Positions 50,286 through 59,300 of a stretch of 64,000 bases of DNA are shown here, piece by piece; within the stretch, counting starts at the first letter, position 1; each line of letters begins with the position of its first letter. Position numbers and translations under genes: made by a program. The notes beneath the pieces were generated by a model. That model was not told the origin of the DNA. It searched no databases and saw nothing but the letters and a program-made list of their open reading frames with translations. This DNA is from Candidatus Eiseniibacteriota bacterium. Lineage in GTDB: Bacteria; Eisenbacteria; RBG-16-71-46. The DNA lies in NCBI GenBank assembly GCA_044223005.1, contig JBGAML010000005.1, positions 64,001 to 128,000 on the forward strand, in the 5' to 3' direction.

Positions 50286-53200
50286 ATGTCCGACGAGCCG
50301 CACACGCCCGGTGACGCCCCCGACGAAACTCGCACCATGCACACGGTGGCCGGCGCTCCGGCCGCGGCCGACCTGGCGGGGATGCCCACCGAGATGGACG
50401 GCTACCGGCTGCTCGGCGTCCTCGGGCAGGGCGGCATGGGCGTGGTGTACCTCGCCGAGCAGAAGGAGCCGCGCCGGCGCGTCGCGATCAAGGTGATCCG
50501 CGGCAGCGCGCACGCCGACGCGCTGCACGTGCGGCTCTTCCGGCGCGAGGCCGAGACGCTGGGCCGGCTGCGCCACCCGAACATCGGCGCGATCTACGGC
50601 GCGGGTCGGCTGCCCGACGGCCGGCCGTACTTCGCCATGGAGCTGGTCGAAGGCCCGACGCTGGACGGCTACCTCGCCACGCGCCCTTCGCCGGCGAACC
50701 GGGCCGAACTGCTGCACCGGCTCGCGATCGCCGCGCGCATCGCCGAAGCCGTGCACTATGCGCACCAGCGCGGCGTGATCCACCGCGACTTGAAGCCTTC
50801 GAACATCGTCATCCCGAAGCCGGCCGACGGCGACACGCCGCACGCGAGCGGCGCCGGCGTCCCGGACCTCAAGGTGCTCGATTTCGGCCTGGCCCGGCTC
50901 ACCGACGACGACTCGCAGGCGAGCCTCGTGAGCGACGTGGGGACGATCCGCGGCACGCTGGCCTACATGAGCCCCGAGCAGGTGCGCGGCGAGACGCAGG
51001 CGCTCGACGTGCGCTCGGACGTCTACACGCTCGGCGTGATCCTGTACGAGATGCTCGCCGGCACGCGGCCGTACGACGTGAGCCGCACGGCGCTCCCCGA
51101 GGCCATGCGCGTGATCGGCGAGCAGGAGCCCCGGCCGCTGCGCGACCTGCCGAGCGGCGTGGCCCGGGTCGACACCGACCTGCAGAGCATCGTGCTCAAG
51201 GCGCTCGCCAAGGAACCCGAGCGGCGCTACTCCAGCGCCGCGGCCCTCGCCGAGGACCTCGAGCGCTACCGCAACTCCCAGCCCGTGCTCGCGCGCACGC
51301 CCAGCACGGCGTACCAGATCCGCAAGCTGGTCGCGCGCCACAAGCCACTCGTCGGGGCTCTCGCCGTCGCGCTGGCGGCGATCGTGGTCGCCGCGGTCGT
51401 GAGCACCGCCATGTTCCTGCGCGCGCGGACCGAGGCCGCCAAGGCACGGCAGGTCGCCGCGTTCCTGTCGGACATGCTCGAGGGCGCCGGCCCGTCGGTG
51501 GCGAAGGGACGCGACAGCGCGCTCCTGCGCGAGATCCTCGACCGCACGGCCGCCCGGGTTCGCAGCGAGCTCGCCGGGCAGCCCGACGTCGCCGCCGGCA
51601 TCGAGCAGGTGCTGGCGCGCACGTACCTGCGGATCGGGGACCTCACCGCCGCCGACGAGCATGCGCGCTCCGCGTACGAGACGAGTCGCCGCCTTCATCG
51701 CGGGGCGCACGAGGACGTGGCCACCGCGCTGTCGACGCTCGCCGAAGTCCGCTCGCTCCGAGGCCAGATGGTGAGCGCCGACTCGATCGGCCGCGAAGCC
51801 CTCACCATGTGGCGCGCCCTGCACCCCGAACCGCACCCGGGCACGGCGCAGGCGCTGATGACGCTCGGCAGCATCCATCTGGACGAAGCGCAGGTCGAAG
51901 CCGCCGAGCCGCTCATGCGCGAGGGACTCGCGATGAGCCAGAAGCTGTTTCCCAACGGCGACGGCTCCGTTGCGATCGGGCTCACCTCGCTCGGGAACCT
52001 GATGCACTTCAGCGGGCGGCTGGACGCGGCGGACTCGCTCCAGCGACTCGCGCTCGCCATGCACCGCCGGCTCGTCGGAGACCTCACTCCTGAGGTCGAG
52101 GTGGACCTCGTCAACCTCTCGCGGATCGAGCTGGACCGCGGGAACTTCGCCGTCGCGGAGTCGCTCGTGCGAGTGGGACTCGAGACCGGGGGGCGGATTC
52201 ACACGAGCGACTACCCCGAGCGCACGACCGAGTTGCTGGGGCTGGTGAACGTCTACCTGCGCACGGGCGCCACGGTGCGCGCGGAGTCGCTCGCGAGGGA
52301 AGCGGTCGCGGTCGCTCGGCGCGTGCGAGGCGGCGGATCGGTGGCGGTCGGCGATGCGCTCACCGGACTCGGCGTGTGCCTCGGCAACCAGGGACGCTCG
52401 GAAGAGGCGCTCGCGACGCACCGTGCGGCGCTCGCCGCCTTCCGCAGCGCCCCCGATGCCGGGCCGGCGCGCGTGGCCGGATCGCTCGACAATCTCGCCA
52501 ATGCGCTGGCCGCGCTCCGGCGATTCGACGCGGCGGACTCGGCCTACCGCGAGGCCATTCCGCTCAAGGTCTCTGCGTTCGGCGAGAACAACCCGTCCAC
52601 GCTCCTCACCAAGAACAACTACGGACGCATGAAGTTCTCGCTGGGTGACCTCGCCGGCGCGGAAGCGCTGTTCCGCGAAGTCCTGGACGGCCGGCGCAAG
52701 GTGCTGGGGGAGGAGAGCGACCAGGTCGCCGTCAGCCTGAACGACCTCGGCCGCGCCGCACTGGCCTGCGGGAGGTTCGCCGAGGCCGAGTCGCTCTGCG
52801 GCCGCGCCCTCACGATTCTCACGGCGCGTCTCGGCCCCGACGCGATGAACACCAACTTCGCGCGCAGCAATCTCGGGCGCATCTACCGCGAGCAGGGCCG
52901 ATACGCCAAGGCCGCAACGGAGCTGCGCAAGGCGCGCAACTATCTCGATCCCGTGTTCGGCGTCGGGAACCCCCAGACGGCATGGCTGCTGTGCGAGGTC
53001 GCGGGCGCGGTGGGCGCGAGCGGACGCTCGCGCGAATCCGATTCGCTGTTCCGCCGGGTGGCGCGCCTGCCTCCGGGACAGATGCCCCCGGCCGATGTCG
53101 CGCGATTCCACCTGGAGTACGGCGTGTATCTCGCGAAGATCGGCGACGACGCGGAGGCCGAGAAGCATCTCCTGCTCGCCGAGTCCGCGCTGCGCACGCC

Positions 53201-53399
53201 CCGCGAGTTCGAGGTGCGCCGTCGCGTGCGCGCGCTGGAGGCGCTGGTCGAAGTCGAGCGCGCCCGAGCGTCACGGGACGCGTCGCCGGCGCGCGCGGCC
53301 GCACTGCGTCACTGGATTGCGGTCCGTGACGCGGAAGTGCCGGAGCTGAACGCCGCGATGTCCGAGGGGCGGGCGCCGCGACTGGCCCGCACCGATTGA
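50286..53399 (+). CDS. Hanks-type Ser/Thr kinase with TM segment and TPR repeats
   Basis: LGQGGMGVVY, VAIK, HRDLKPSN, DFGLA, GTLAYMSPEQ; TM; many 42-aa-type TPR-like helical repeats. Confidence 0.94.
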   Translation: MSDEPHTPGDAPDETRTMHTVAGAPAAADLAGMPTEMDGYRLLGVLGQGGMGVVYLAEQKEPRRRVAIKVIRGSAHADALHVRLFRREAETLGRLRHPNIGAIYGAGRLPDGRPYFAMELVEGPTLDGYLATRPSPANRAELLHRLAIAARIAEAVHYAHQRGVIHRDLKPSNIVIPKPADGDTPHASGAGVPDLKVLDFGLARLTDDDSQASLVSDVGTIRGTLAYMSPEQVRGETQALDVRSDVYTLGVILYEMLAGTRPYDVSRTALPEAMRVIGEQEPRPLRDLPSGVARVDTDLQSIVLKALAKEPERRYSSAAALAEDLERYRNSQPVLARTPSTAYQIRKLVARHKPLVGALAVALAAIVVAAVVSTAMFLRARTEAAKARQVAAFLSDMLEGAGPSVAKGRDSALLREILDRTAARVRSELAGQPDVAAGIEQVLARTYLRIGDLTAADEHARSAYETSRRLHRGAHEDVATALSTLAEVRSLRGQMVSADSIGREALTMWRALHPEPHPGTAQALMTLGSIHLDEAQVEAAEPLMREGLAMSQKLFPNGDGSVAIGLTSLGNLMHFSGRLDAADSLQRLALAMHRRLVGDLTPEVEVDLVNLSRIELDRGNFAVAESLVRVGLETGGRIHTSDYPERTTELLGLVNVYLRTGATVRAESLAREAVAVARRVRGGGSVAVGDALTGLGVCLGNQGRSEEALATHRAALAAFRSAPDAGPARVAGSLDNLANALAALRRFDAADSAYREAIPLKVSAFGENNPSTLLTKNNYGRMKFSLGDLAGAEALFREVLDGRRKVLGEESDQVAVSLNDLGRAALACGRFAEAESLCGRALTILTARLGPDAMNTNFARSNLGRIYREQGRYAKAATELRKARNYLDPVFGVGNPQTAWLLCEVAGAVGASGRSRESDSLFRRVARLPPGQMPPADVARFHLEYGVYLAKIGDDAEAEKHLLLAESALRTPREFEVRRRVRALEALVEVERARASRDASPARAAALRHWIAVRDAEVPELNAAMSEGRAPRLARTD

Positions 53400-53440
53400 C
53401 CGCGCGAGCCATCTCGCGCACCCTCGGCCGCGGAGGTCGC

Positions 53441-53875
53441 ATGGCCAGTACGCCCAACGTCGTCCACGTCATCCAGCTCGCCGTCGCGCCGGTGTTCCTG
53501 CTCTCGGGCATCGGCGTCGTGCTCACGGTGCTCACGGGCCGTCTCGCGCGCATCATCGACCGCGCGCGGCTGCTCGAGGACCGGCTGCACGAGCACTCCG
53601 ACGCGCGCCGCGCCGAGATGGAAGTCGAGATGCGCCGGCTCTCGCACCGAGCCCGCATGATCAACATGGCGCTCACGTGCGGCACGAGCAGCGCGCTGCT
53701 GGTCTGCCTGGTGATCGCGCTGCTGTTCGTGGGCAGCGCGTTCCATCTCGACACCGAGGGCGTGGTCGCGGTCATGTTCGTCGCGGCGATGGTGGGCCTG
53801 ATCGCGGCGCTCTCGATCTTCCTGCGCGAGATCTACCTCGGCACCGCCCAACTCCGGATCGGACCGCCGCGCTGA
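53441..53875 (+). CDS. DUF2721 membrane protein
   Basis: IQLAVAPVFLLSGIG..RLARIIDRAR..FLREI; GGAGG SD. Confidence 0.88.
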   Translation: MASTPNVVHVIQLAVAPVFLLSGIGVVLTVLTGRLARIIDRARLLEDRLHEHSDARRAEMEVEMRRLSHRARMINMALTCGTSSALLVCLVIALLFVGSAFHLDTEGVVAVMFVAAMVGLIAALSIFLREIYLGTAQLRIGPPR

Positions 53876-54090
53876 ACGGGCCCGATCGCGTTCCTGCTCT
53901 CGGGGGAAATGGCGGTCGCCCACGGGCGGTTCCACGCGCCGCACGACACGTGGCCAATCCAGAACCGCGGCAAGTCGGCCGTCCTGTTCTGCATGGCCCT
54001 GCCCAAGCGGTCACCGTGCGGGCGCGGGAGTGCGCCGCGGCGGCGGCGAGTACGCCATTCGGACCGCATCCCCGGCGCCTCGATCGGGGC

Positions 54091-54322
54091 TAGCCTGAGT
54101 GGTGGAGAAGGTCTTGCCTCGTCGCCGAACGAGGGCCCCCGACCTCCGCGCTTCACTCGCCTGATCCCTGGCCTGCGCGCGATTCCTCGACGACGTGTGC
54201 GTTCCGTCCTCGGCGATGCCGATCGGCATCCCTTTCTTCGAGGTGAGCTCATGCGACTCATGCGCCTGATGCTGCGGGCCGCGTTCGCGGCCGCTCTCTT
54301 GACCACCGCCGCCGACGCCCAG
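54091..54322 (+). repeat. Promoter/leader/signal-peptide cassette, copy A
   Basis: Ungapped similarity to 59069-59300 at a constant offset of 4978. Confidence 0.8.
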
Positions 54323-54775
54323 CTCCTGCCGGATTCCGCGGCGCGATCGATCGCGTCGAGTTGCAAGGGACGCACGGTCCGCGTGAGCGCGGGATCGCGG
54401 ACACTCGTCTATCGCGATCCCGCGTTCACGCCTGCCGGAATCATGCCCGTGGACATCGCGCCCACCACCGGACGTGGCGCGCCCGGTTACCACGCGCCCG
54501 AACTGTTGCCGTGGAACGAGGTCGACCGAATCGAGGTGCGCGAGAGCCATGCGCGGTCGGGCTCTCTCGGAGGCCTGATCGCCGGAGGCCTTCTGGGCCT
54601 GGGGCTCGGGATGGCCATTTCGGGAGATTCGTTCCTCGGCAACGGCTTCTCGGGCGGGGACATGGTGCTTTCGATCGGGCTGGGCGCCATGACCGGGGCC
54701 TTCGTCGGAGCCCTGGGCGGCGGGATGGTCCCGAGGTGGCGCATCGTCTATCGCCGCGACGGCGGGCGCCCGTGA
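54251..54775 (+). CDS. Hypothetical exported protein with glycine-zipper C-terminus
   Basis: GAGGTG SD; signal peptide ending ADA; GGLIAGGLLGLGLG..GAMTGAFVGALGG..W. Confidence 0.75.
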   Translation: MRLMRLMLRAAFAAALLTTAADAQLLPDSAARSIASSCKGRTVRVSAGSRTLVYRDPAFTPAGIMPVDIAPTTGRGAPGYHAPELLPWNEVDRIEVRESHARSGSLGGLIAGGLLGLGLGMAISGDSFLGNGFSGGDMVLSIGLGAMTGAFVGALGGGMVPRWRIVYRRDGGRP

Positions 54776-56325
54776 ATCGCGGCGGGCGAGAACAAGATGC
54801 GGGAGGCGCGCTCCTGAGCCCTCCACTCACGTGGACGTGCGCCGTCCTTCTGGGACTTGCGTTGCTCGCACTCCCGGCCCGCGCTGCCGCGGTCGACATG
54901 CCCGGCGAGCCAGCACCGGCTCCGGGTGGCTACCCGGCAGCGCCATCGCTTCTCGCCGACGGCCGGGGTGGTGTCCTCCTGGTCTGGGAGGCCGACATCG
55001 GGACGGCCCGCTGCAAGGCGAGAAACGTCCGGATCCAGCATGTGCTGGTGCGGGGGCAGGTGGACCCGGCATGGCCGCCCGGAGGGCTCGAGCTCGGCGT
55101 TGTTCCGTTCGCCATCCGCAGCCACGTGGCCATCAGCGACGGCGCGGGCGGCGCCATCGTGGCATGGGACGACTGTCGCAAGGGCAAGGACCTCGATGTC
55201 TGCGCCCAACACGTGCTGGCCGACGGCAGGTGCGATCCCGCCTGGCCCGCGGGTGGCCGCGTGCTCTGCGCGGCGGTGCGCGATCAGCACCACGTCGCCA
55301 TCGCACCCGATGGCGCGGGCGGTGCGATCGCCGTCTGGGCGGACGGGCGACGGCGGCGACACGGCGAGCAGCGCGACCTCTACGCCCAGCACGTGACGAT
55401 CCGCGGCGAGCTGGATTCGCTCTATCCCGCGGACGGCCGACGGGTATGCACGGCCCCCGGGAACCGTTCTCCCGAGGATCTCGTCGCCGACGGACGCGGC
55501 GGCGCGATCGTCGTCTGGATCGACTGGCGCCGAAAGGACTCCGACCTCTACGCCCGACATCTCGCGAGCGGCGAGCCCGATTCGACGTGGCTCGCGCCGG
55601 AGGTGCCGGTATGCACTGCCGAAGGCGATCAATGGGCGTGCCGGTGCGCTCCGGATGGCGCAGGTGGAGCCCTCGTGGCGTGGGAGGACTACCGGCTGGG
55701 CAAGCCCATGGACTATGGCCAGGTTTTCGCGCAGCACGTGACCGCCGAAGGAGCGCCGGATTCCCGCTGGCCCGCGGACGGACGGAACCCGTACGCGGGT
55801 CGGACGGCGCTGTTCAGCCCGACACTGGCGGAGGACGGATCAGGCGGCGCGTTCGTGGCATGCGAGGACTACGAAGGTGGCGAACGGGTCTCGGTCCAGC
55901 ACGTGCTTACGAGCGGACCGGACCCAGCGTGGCCCGCGGAAGGGCTCTCGCTTCGGACCAGCGCGGGGTGGGAGCACACGCCCGTGATCGTGGCCGACGG
56001 TTCCGGAGGCGCGATCGCGGCGTGGATGGATGACCGCAACGATCGGGATCACGACGCGAGCCTGGATATCTTCGCGCAGCACGCGACGCGCGACGCGCAG
56101 GCCGATCCCTCGTGGCCGGCCCATGGCGTGGCGGTGTGCGCCGTGCCCGGCCTGCAGGGCCAGACGGTGATCGCTTCGGACGGAGCGGGCGGGGCTTTCG
56201 TCGGCTGGCTCGACGATCGGCCCGGTGCGCACGGTGTCTACGTCCAGCACGTGCTGGCCGCGGGGCGGTGGGATCCCGCGTGGCCCGAGAACGGGCTCGA
56301 GGTCTGCGGACCCACGGGATCCTGA
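54772..56325 (+). CDS. Secreted 8-repeat beta-propeller-like protein
   Basis: Eight ~60-aa units DG(A/R/S)GG(A/V)xxxW.D.R..QHV..G..DP.WP..G..VC; GTGA overlap; signal peptide. Confidence 0.85.
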   Translation: MNRGGREQDAGGALLSPPLTWTCAVLLGLALLALPARAAAVDMPGEPAPAPGGYPAAPSLLADGRGGVLLVWEADIGTARCKARNVRIQHVLVRGQVDPAWPPGGLELGVVPFAIRSHVAISDGAGGAIVAWDDCRKGKDLDVCAQHVLADGRCDPAWPAGGRVLCAAVRDQHHVAIAPDGAGGAIAVWADGRRRRHGEQRDLYAQHVTIRGELDSLYPADGRRVCTAPGNRSPEDLVADGRGGAIVVWIDWRRKDSDLYARHLASGEPDSTWLAPEVPVCTAEGDQWACRCAPDGAGGALVAWEDYRLGKPMDYGQVFAQHVTAEGAPDSRWPADGRNPYAGRTALFSPTLAEDGSGGAFVACEDYEGGERVSVQHVLTSGPDPAWPAEGLSLRTSAGWEHTPVIVADGSGGAIAAWMDDRNDRDHDASLDIFAQHATRDAQADPSWPAHGVAVCAVPGLQGQTVIASDGAGGAFVGWLDDRPGAHGVYVQHVLAAGRWDPAWPENGLEVCGPTGS

Positions 56326-56502
56326 TCCCGGAGCCTCGGGCGCGGGAAAGCGTCCGGAGCCATCGGCCCCGAAATCGCACGGGGGATCGGCCGCATCCAA
56401 CGGCCCGGTGACCGGCGTCGCCAGCGCCCGGATCGCGGGGCGCGGCGGGCGCCATTCCGCGCACCATGTCGGGCCGCCACACTCCACACTCGAGAGGGAC
56501 CC

Positions 56503-57585
56503 ATGACGTCGCACGCTCCTCGTACGACCCGCGGCCGCGGCAGGCTCTTCGACAGCATCGTCGACACCATCGGCGACACGCCGTGCATTCGCGTGAACGC
56601 CCTGGCGCCGAAGCACGTGCGGCTCTACGTGAAGGCCGAGTTCTTCAACCCGGCCGCGTCGGTGAAGGACCGCCTCGCGATCAGCATCATCGAGGAAGCC
56701 GAACGCCGCGGGGACCTGAAGCCCGGCCAGACGGTGGTGGAGGCCACGAGCGGGAACACCGGCATCGGCCTCGCGATGGTGTGCGCCGCGAAGGGCTATC
56801 CGCTCGTCGTGACGATGGCCGACAGCTTCTCGATCGAGCGCCGCAAGCTGATGCGCTTCCTCGGCGCCAAGGTCGTGCTCACGCCGCGCGCCGCGAAGGG
56901 CATCGGCATGTACCAGAAGGCCAAGGAACTCGCCGAGGCGAACGGCTGGTTCCTCGCGCGGCAGTTCGAGACCGCGGACAACGCCAAGGTGCACGAGAAC
57001 ACCACCGCCCGCGAGATCCTCGCCGACTTCGCGGGTGAGCGGCTCGACTACTTCGTCAGCGGATACGGCACCGGCGGCACGTTCGTCGGCGTCTCGCGCG
57101 TCCTTCGCAAGGAGCGGCCCGAGACGAAGATCGTGCTCGCGGAGCCCGCGAACGCGCAGCTGCTGGGCTCGGGGATCGCACAGGGGAGAGCAGCAGACCA
57201 CTCGCCGGCCGTGAGCCACTCGGCCTGGGAGCCGCACCCGATCCAAGGCTGGACACCGGACTTCGTGCCGTACGTGCTGCAGGAAGGCGTCGAGAACAAG
57301 TTCTACGACCAACTGGTTCCCGTGCCCGGTCCCGTCGGCATCGAGTGGAGCCGCAAGCTCGCGCGGCAGGAGGGCATCTTCACCGGCATCTCGGGTGGCG
57401 CTTCGTTCGCGGTCGCGCTGCAGGTCGCGGAGAAGGCCGCGCCCGGATCGGTGCTGCTCTGCATGCTGCCGGATACGGGCGAGCGCTACCTCTCGTCGCC
57501 GCTCTTCGAAGGCATCCCCGAGGAGATGACGGAGGAAGAGCTCGCGCTGTCCCGCTCGACGCCGTCGAGCCAGATGCCGGCCTGA
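56503..57585 (+). CDS. cysK: Cysteine synthase (PLP-dependent)
   Basis: NPAASVKDR, EATSGNTG, GTGGT, HPIQG, LPDTGERYLS. Confidence 0.92.
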   Translation: MTSHAPRTTRGRGRLFDSIVDTIGDTPCIRVNALAPKHVRLYVKAEFFNPAASVKDRLAISIIEEAERRGDLKPGQTVVEATSGNTGIGLAMVCAAKGYPLVVTMADSFSIERRKLMRFLGAKVVLTPRAAKGIGMYQKAKELAEANGWFLARQFETADNAKVHENTTAREILADFAGERLDYFVSGYGTGGTFVGVSRVLRKERPETKIVLAEPANAQLLGSGIAQGRAADHSPAVSHSAWEPHPIQGWTPDFVPYVLQEGVENKFYDQLVPVPGPVGIEWSRKLARQEGIFTGISGGASFAVALQVAEKAAPGSVLLCMLPDTGERYLSSPLFEGIPEEMTEEELALSRSTPSSQMPA

Positions 57586-57717
57586 AGCGGGCCGAGCCGA
57601 CGCCGGGGGCGGCCCGCTGGGCCGATCCTCGCGCGAGCCGCTATCATGCGGTTCGCGCCTTCGGGGCTGCGCGGCACCAGCCGCGCGGCTCCGAAGGCCT
57701 CACGAGCGAGGTTCGTC

Positions 57718-58900
57718 ATGACGCAAGCCCCACCGCGGTGTCGCCATCGGCTTCGCTGAACTCGGTGTTTCGCCCGAACTGATCGCCGCGCTGTCGCGGC
57801 AGGGCATCACGAAACCGACGGCGATCCAGGCGCTGGCGCTGCCGGTGCTGCGCGGCGGCGGCGATGCGTACCTGAACTCCGAGACCGGCACGGGCAAGAC
57901 GCTGGCGTACCTGCTGCCCATTTTGGGAGCGCTCGAGCTCGAGCCCCCGGCCACGCAGGCGATCGTCGCCGCGCCCACGCACGAGCTCGCGCTCCAGATC
58001 CATCGGCAGTGCTGCGACCTCGCGCAGAACGCCGGCATGCCCGTGCGAGCGCTGCTCCTGATCGGCGGGACGCCGCTCGATCGGCAGGTCGAGAAGCTCA
58101 AGGCCCGGCCGCACGTGGTGGTCGGCACGCCCGGGCGGCTGCAGGAGCTGATCCAGATGGGCAAGCTCAAGACGCCCGCGATCCGCACGCTGGTGCTCGA
58201 CGAGGCCGACCGCCTGCTCGCCGACGAGGGCGTCGCGCAGGTCCAAAAGATCGTGCGCGCCTTGCCGCCCAATCGGCAGATCGTGTGCGTGTCGGCAACC
58301 GAGCAGGCCGAGAGTTCGCAGGCGCTCGCGGCGATCACGCCCGAACTGCCGATGCTGCGCCCCGGCGCTGCCGCGACCGTGAACGCCGACATCACGCACC
58401 TCTACCTGTTCTGCCAGGAGCGCGACAAGCCCCGCGTGCTGCGGCAGCTCCTGCGCGCGACCGACCCCGAGCGCGCGCTCGTGTTCACGCACCAGAACAC
58501 CACCGCCGAGAACGTCGCCGCGCAACTCGAGCACCACGGCATCACGGCCGCGGCGCTGCACGGCGCGAACGACAAGTTCGCGCGCAAGCAGGCAATGGAC
58601 GACTTCCGGAGCGGTGCCGCGCAGGTGCTGATCGCCTCCGACGTCGCGGCCCGCGGGCTCGACCTGCCCGGCGTCACGCACATCGTGAACCTCGACATGC
58701 CATCGGAGAGCAAGGCCTACCTGCACCGCGCCGGCCGCACCGGCCGTGCGGGCGTTCCCGGCGTGTGCATCACGCTCGTCACCGAGCGCGACGCGCGCCT
58801 CGTTCGCCGCTACGAGCGCGAGCTGGGGATCGGCCTCCAGTGCGTGATGTTGCGCGCCGGCCAACTCCACGCCGCACACGACGCGAAGCAGCACGGGTGA
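57718..58900 (+). CDS. DEAD-box RNA helicase; start codon out of frame (possible +1 frameshift)
   Basis: Q motif FAELG..PTAIQ, GTGKT, TPGR, DEAD, SAT, ARGLD, HRAGRTGR; the Q motif is in frame but upstream of the first in-frame start. Confidence 0.85.
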
Positions 58901-59068
58901 GGGGCGGAAAGGGCCAACCCGGGAGTTGACGTGCTGAACAGGGCGCACGAATTGCCCACGAGCAACGACGTTTAGTAGTACGTGTTGGGGCGGCCACATT
59001 CTTGGCGGGCGTACGCGAGCTTTGAAGGTACTACTTTCGTACCCGCTCCCAGCCGCACCGATTGCGCC

Positions 59069-59300
59069 TAGGATGACGCTCGTACACGGTCATGCCTCGT
59101 CGTCGACCGGGGCCCCCCGACCTCCGCTGATCTGCACCTCAGGTTGCGCTTCATGAGCGACTTCAGGACGACGTGCGCGACCCACCATTCGCGACACTGT
59201 TCGACCCCCCTCGCACAGAGGTGAGCTCATGCGACGCATGTCACTGACGCTGCGGATCGCTTTCGCGGCCGCCGTCACGGTTACCGCCGCGCACGCGCAG
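59069..59300 (+). repeat. Promoter/leader/signal-peptide cassette, copy B
   Basis: Ungapped similarity to 54091-54322. Confidence 0.8.

Noticed and set aside
54772..56325. Periodic DNA similarity suggesting a repeat array
   Set aside because: Explained by protein-level repeats; no identical direct repeats with unique spacers.
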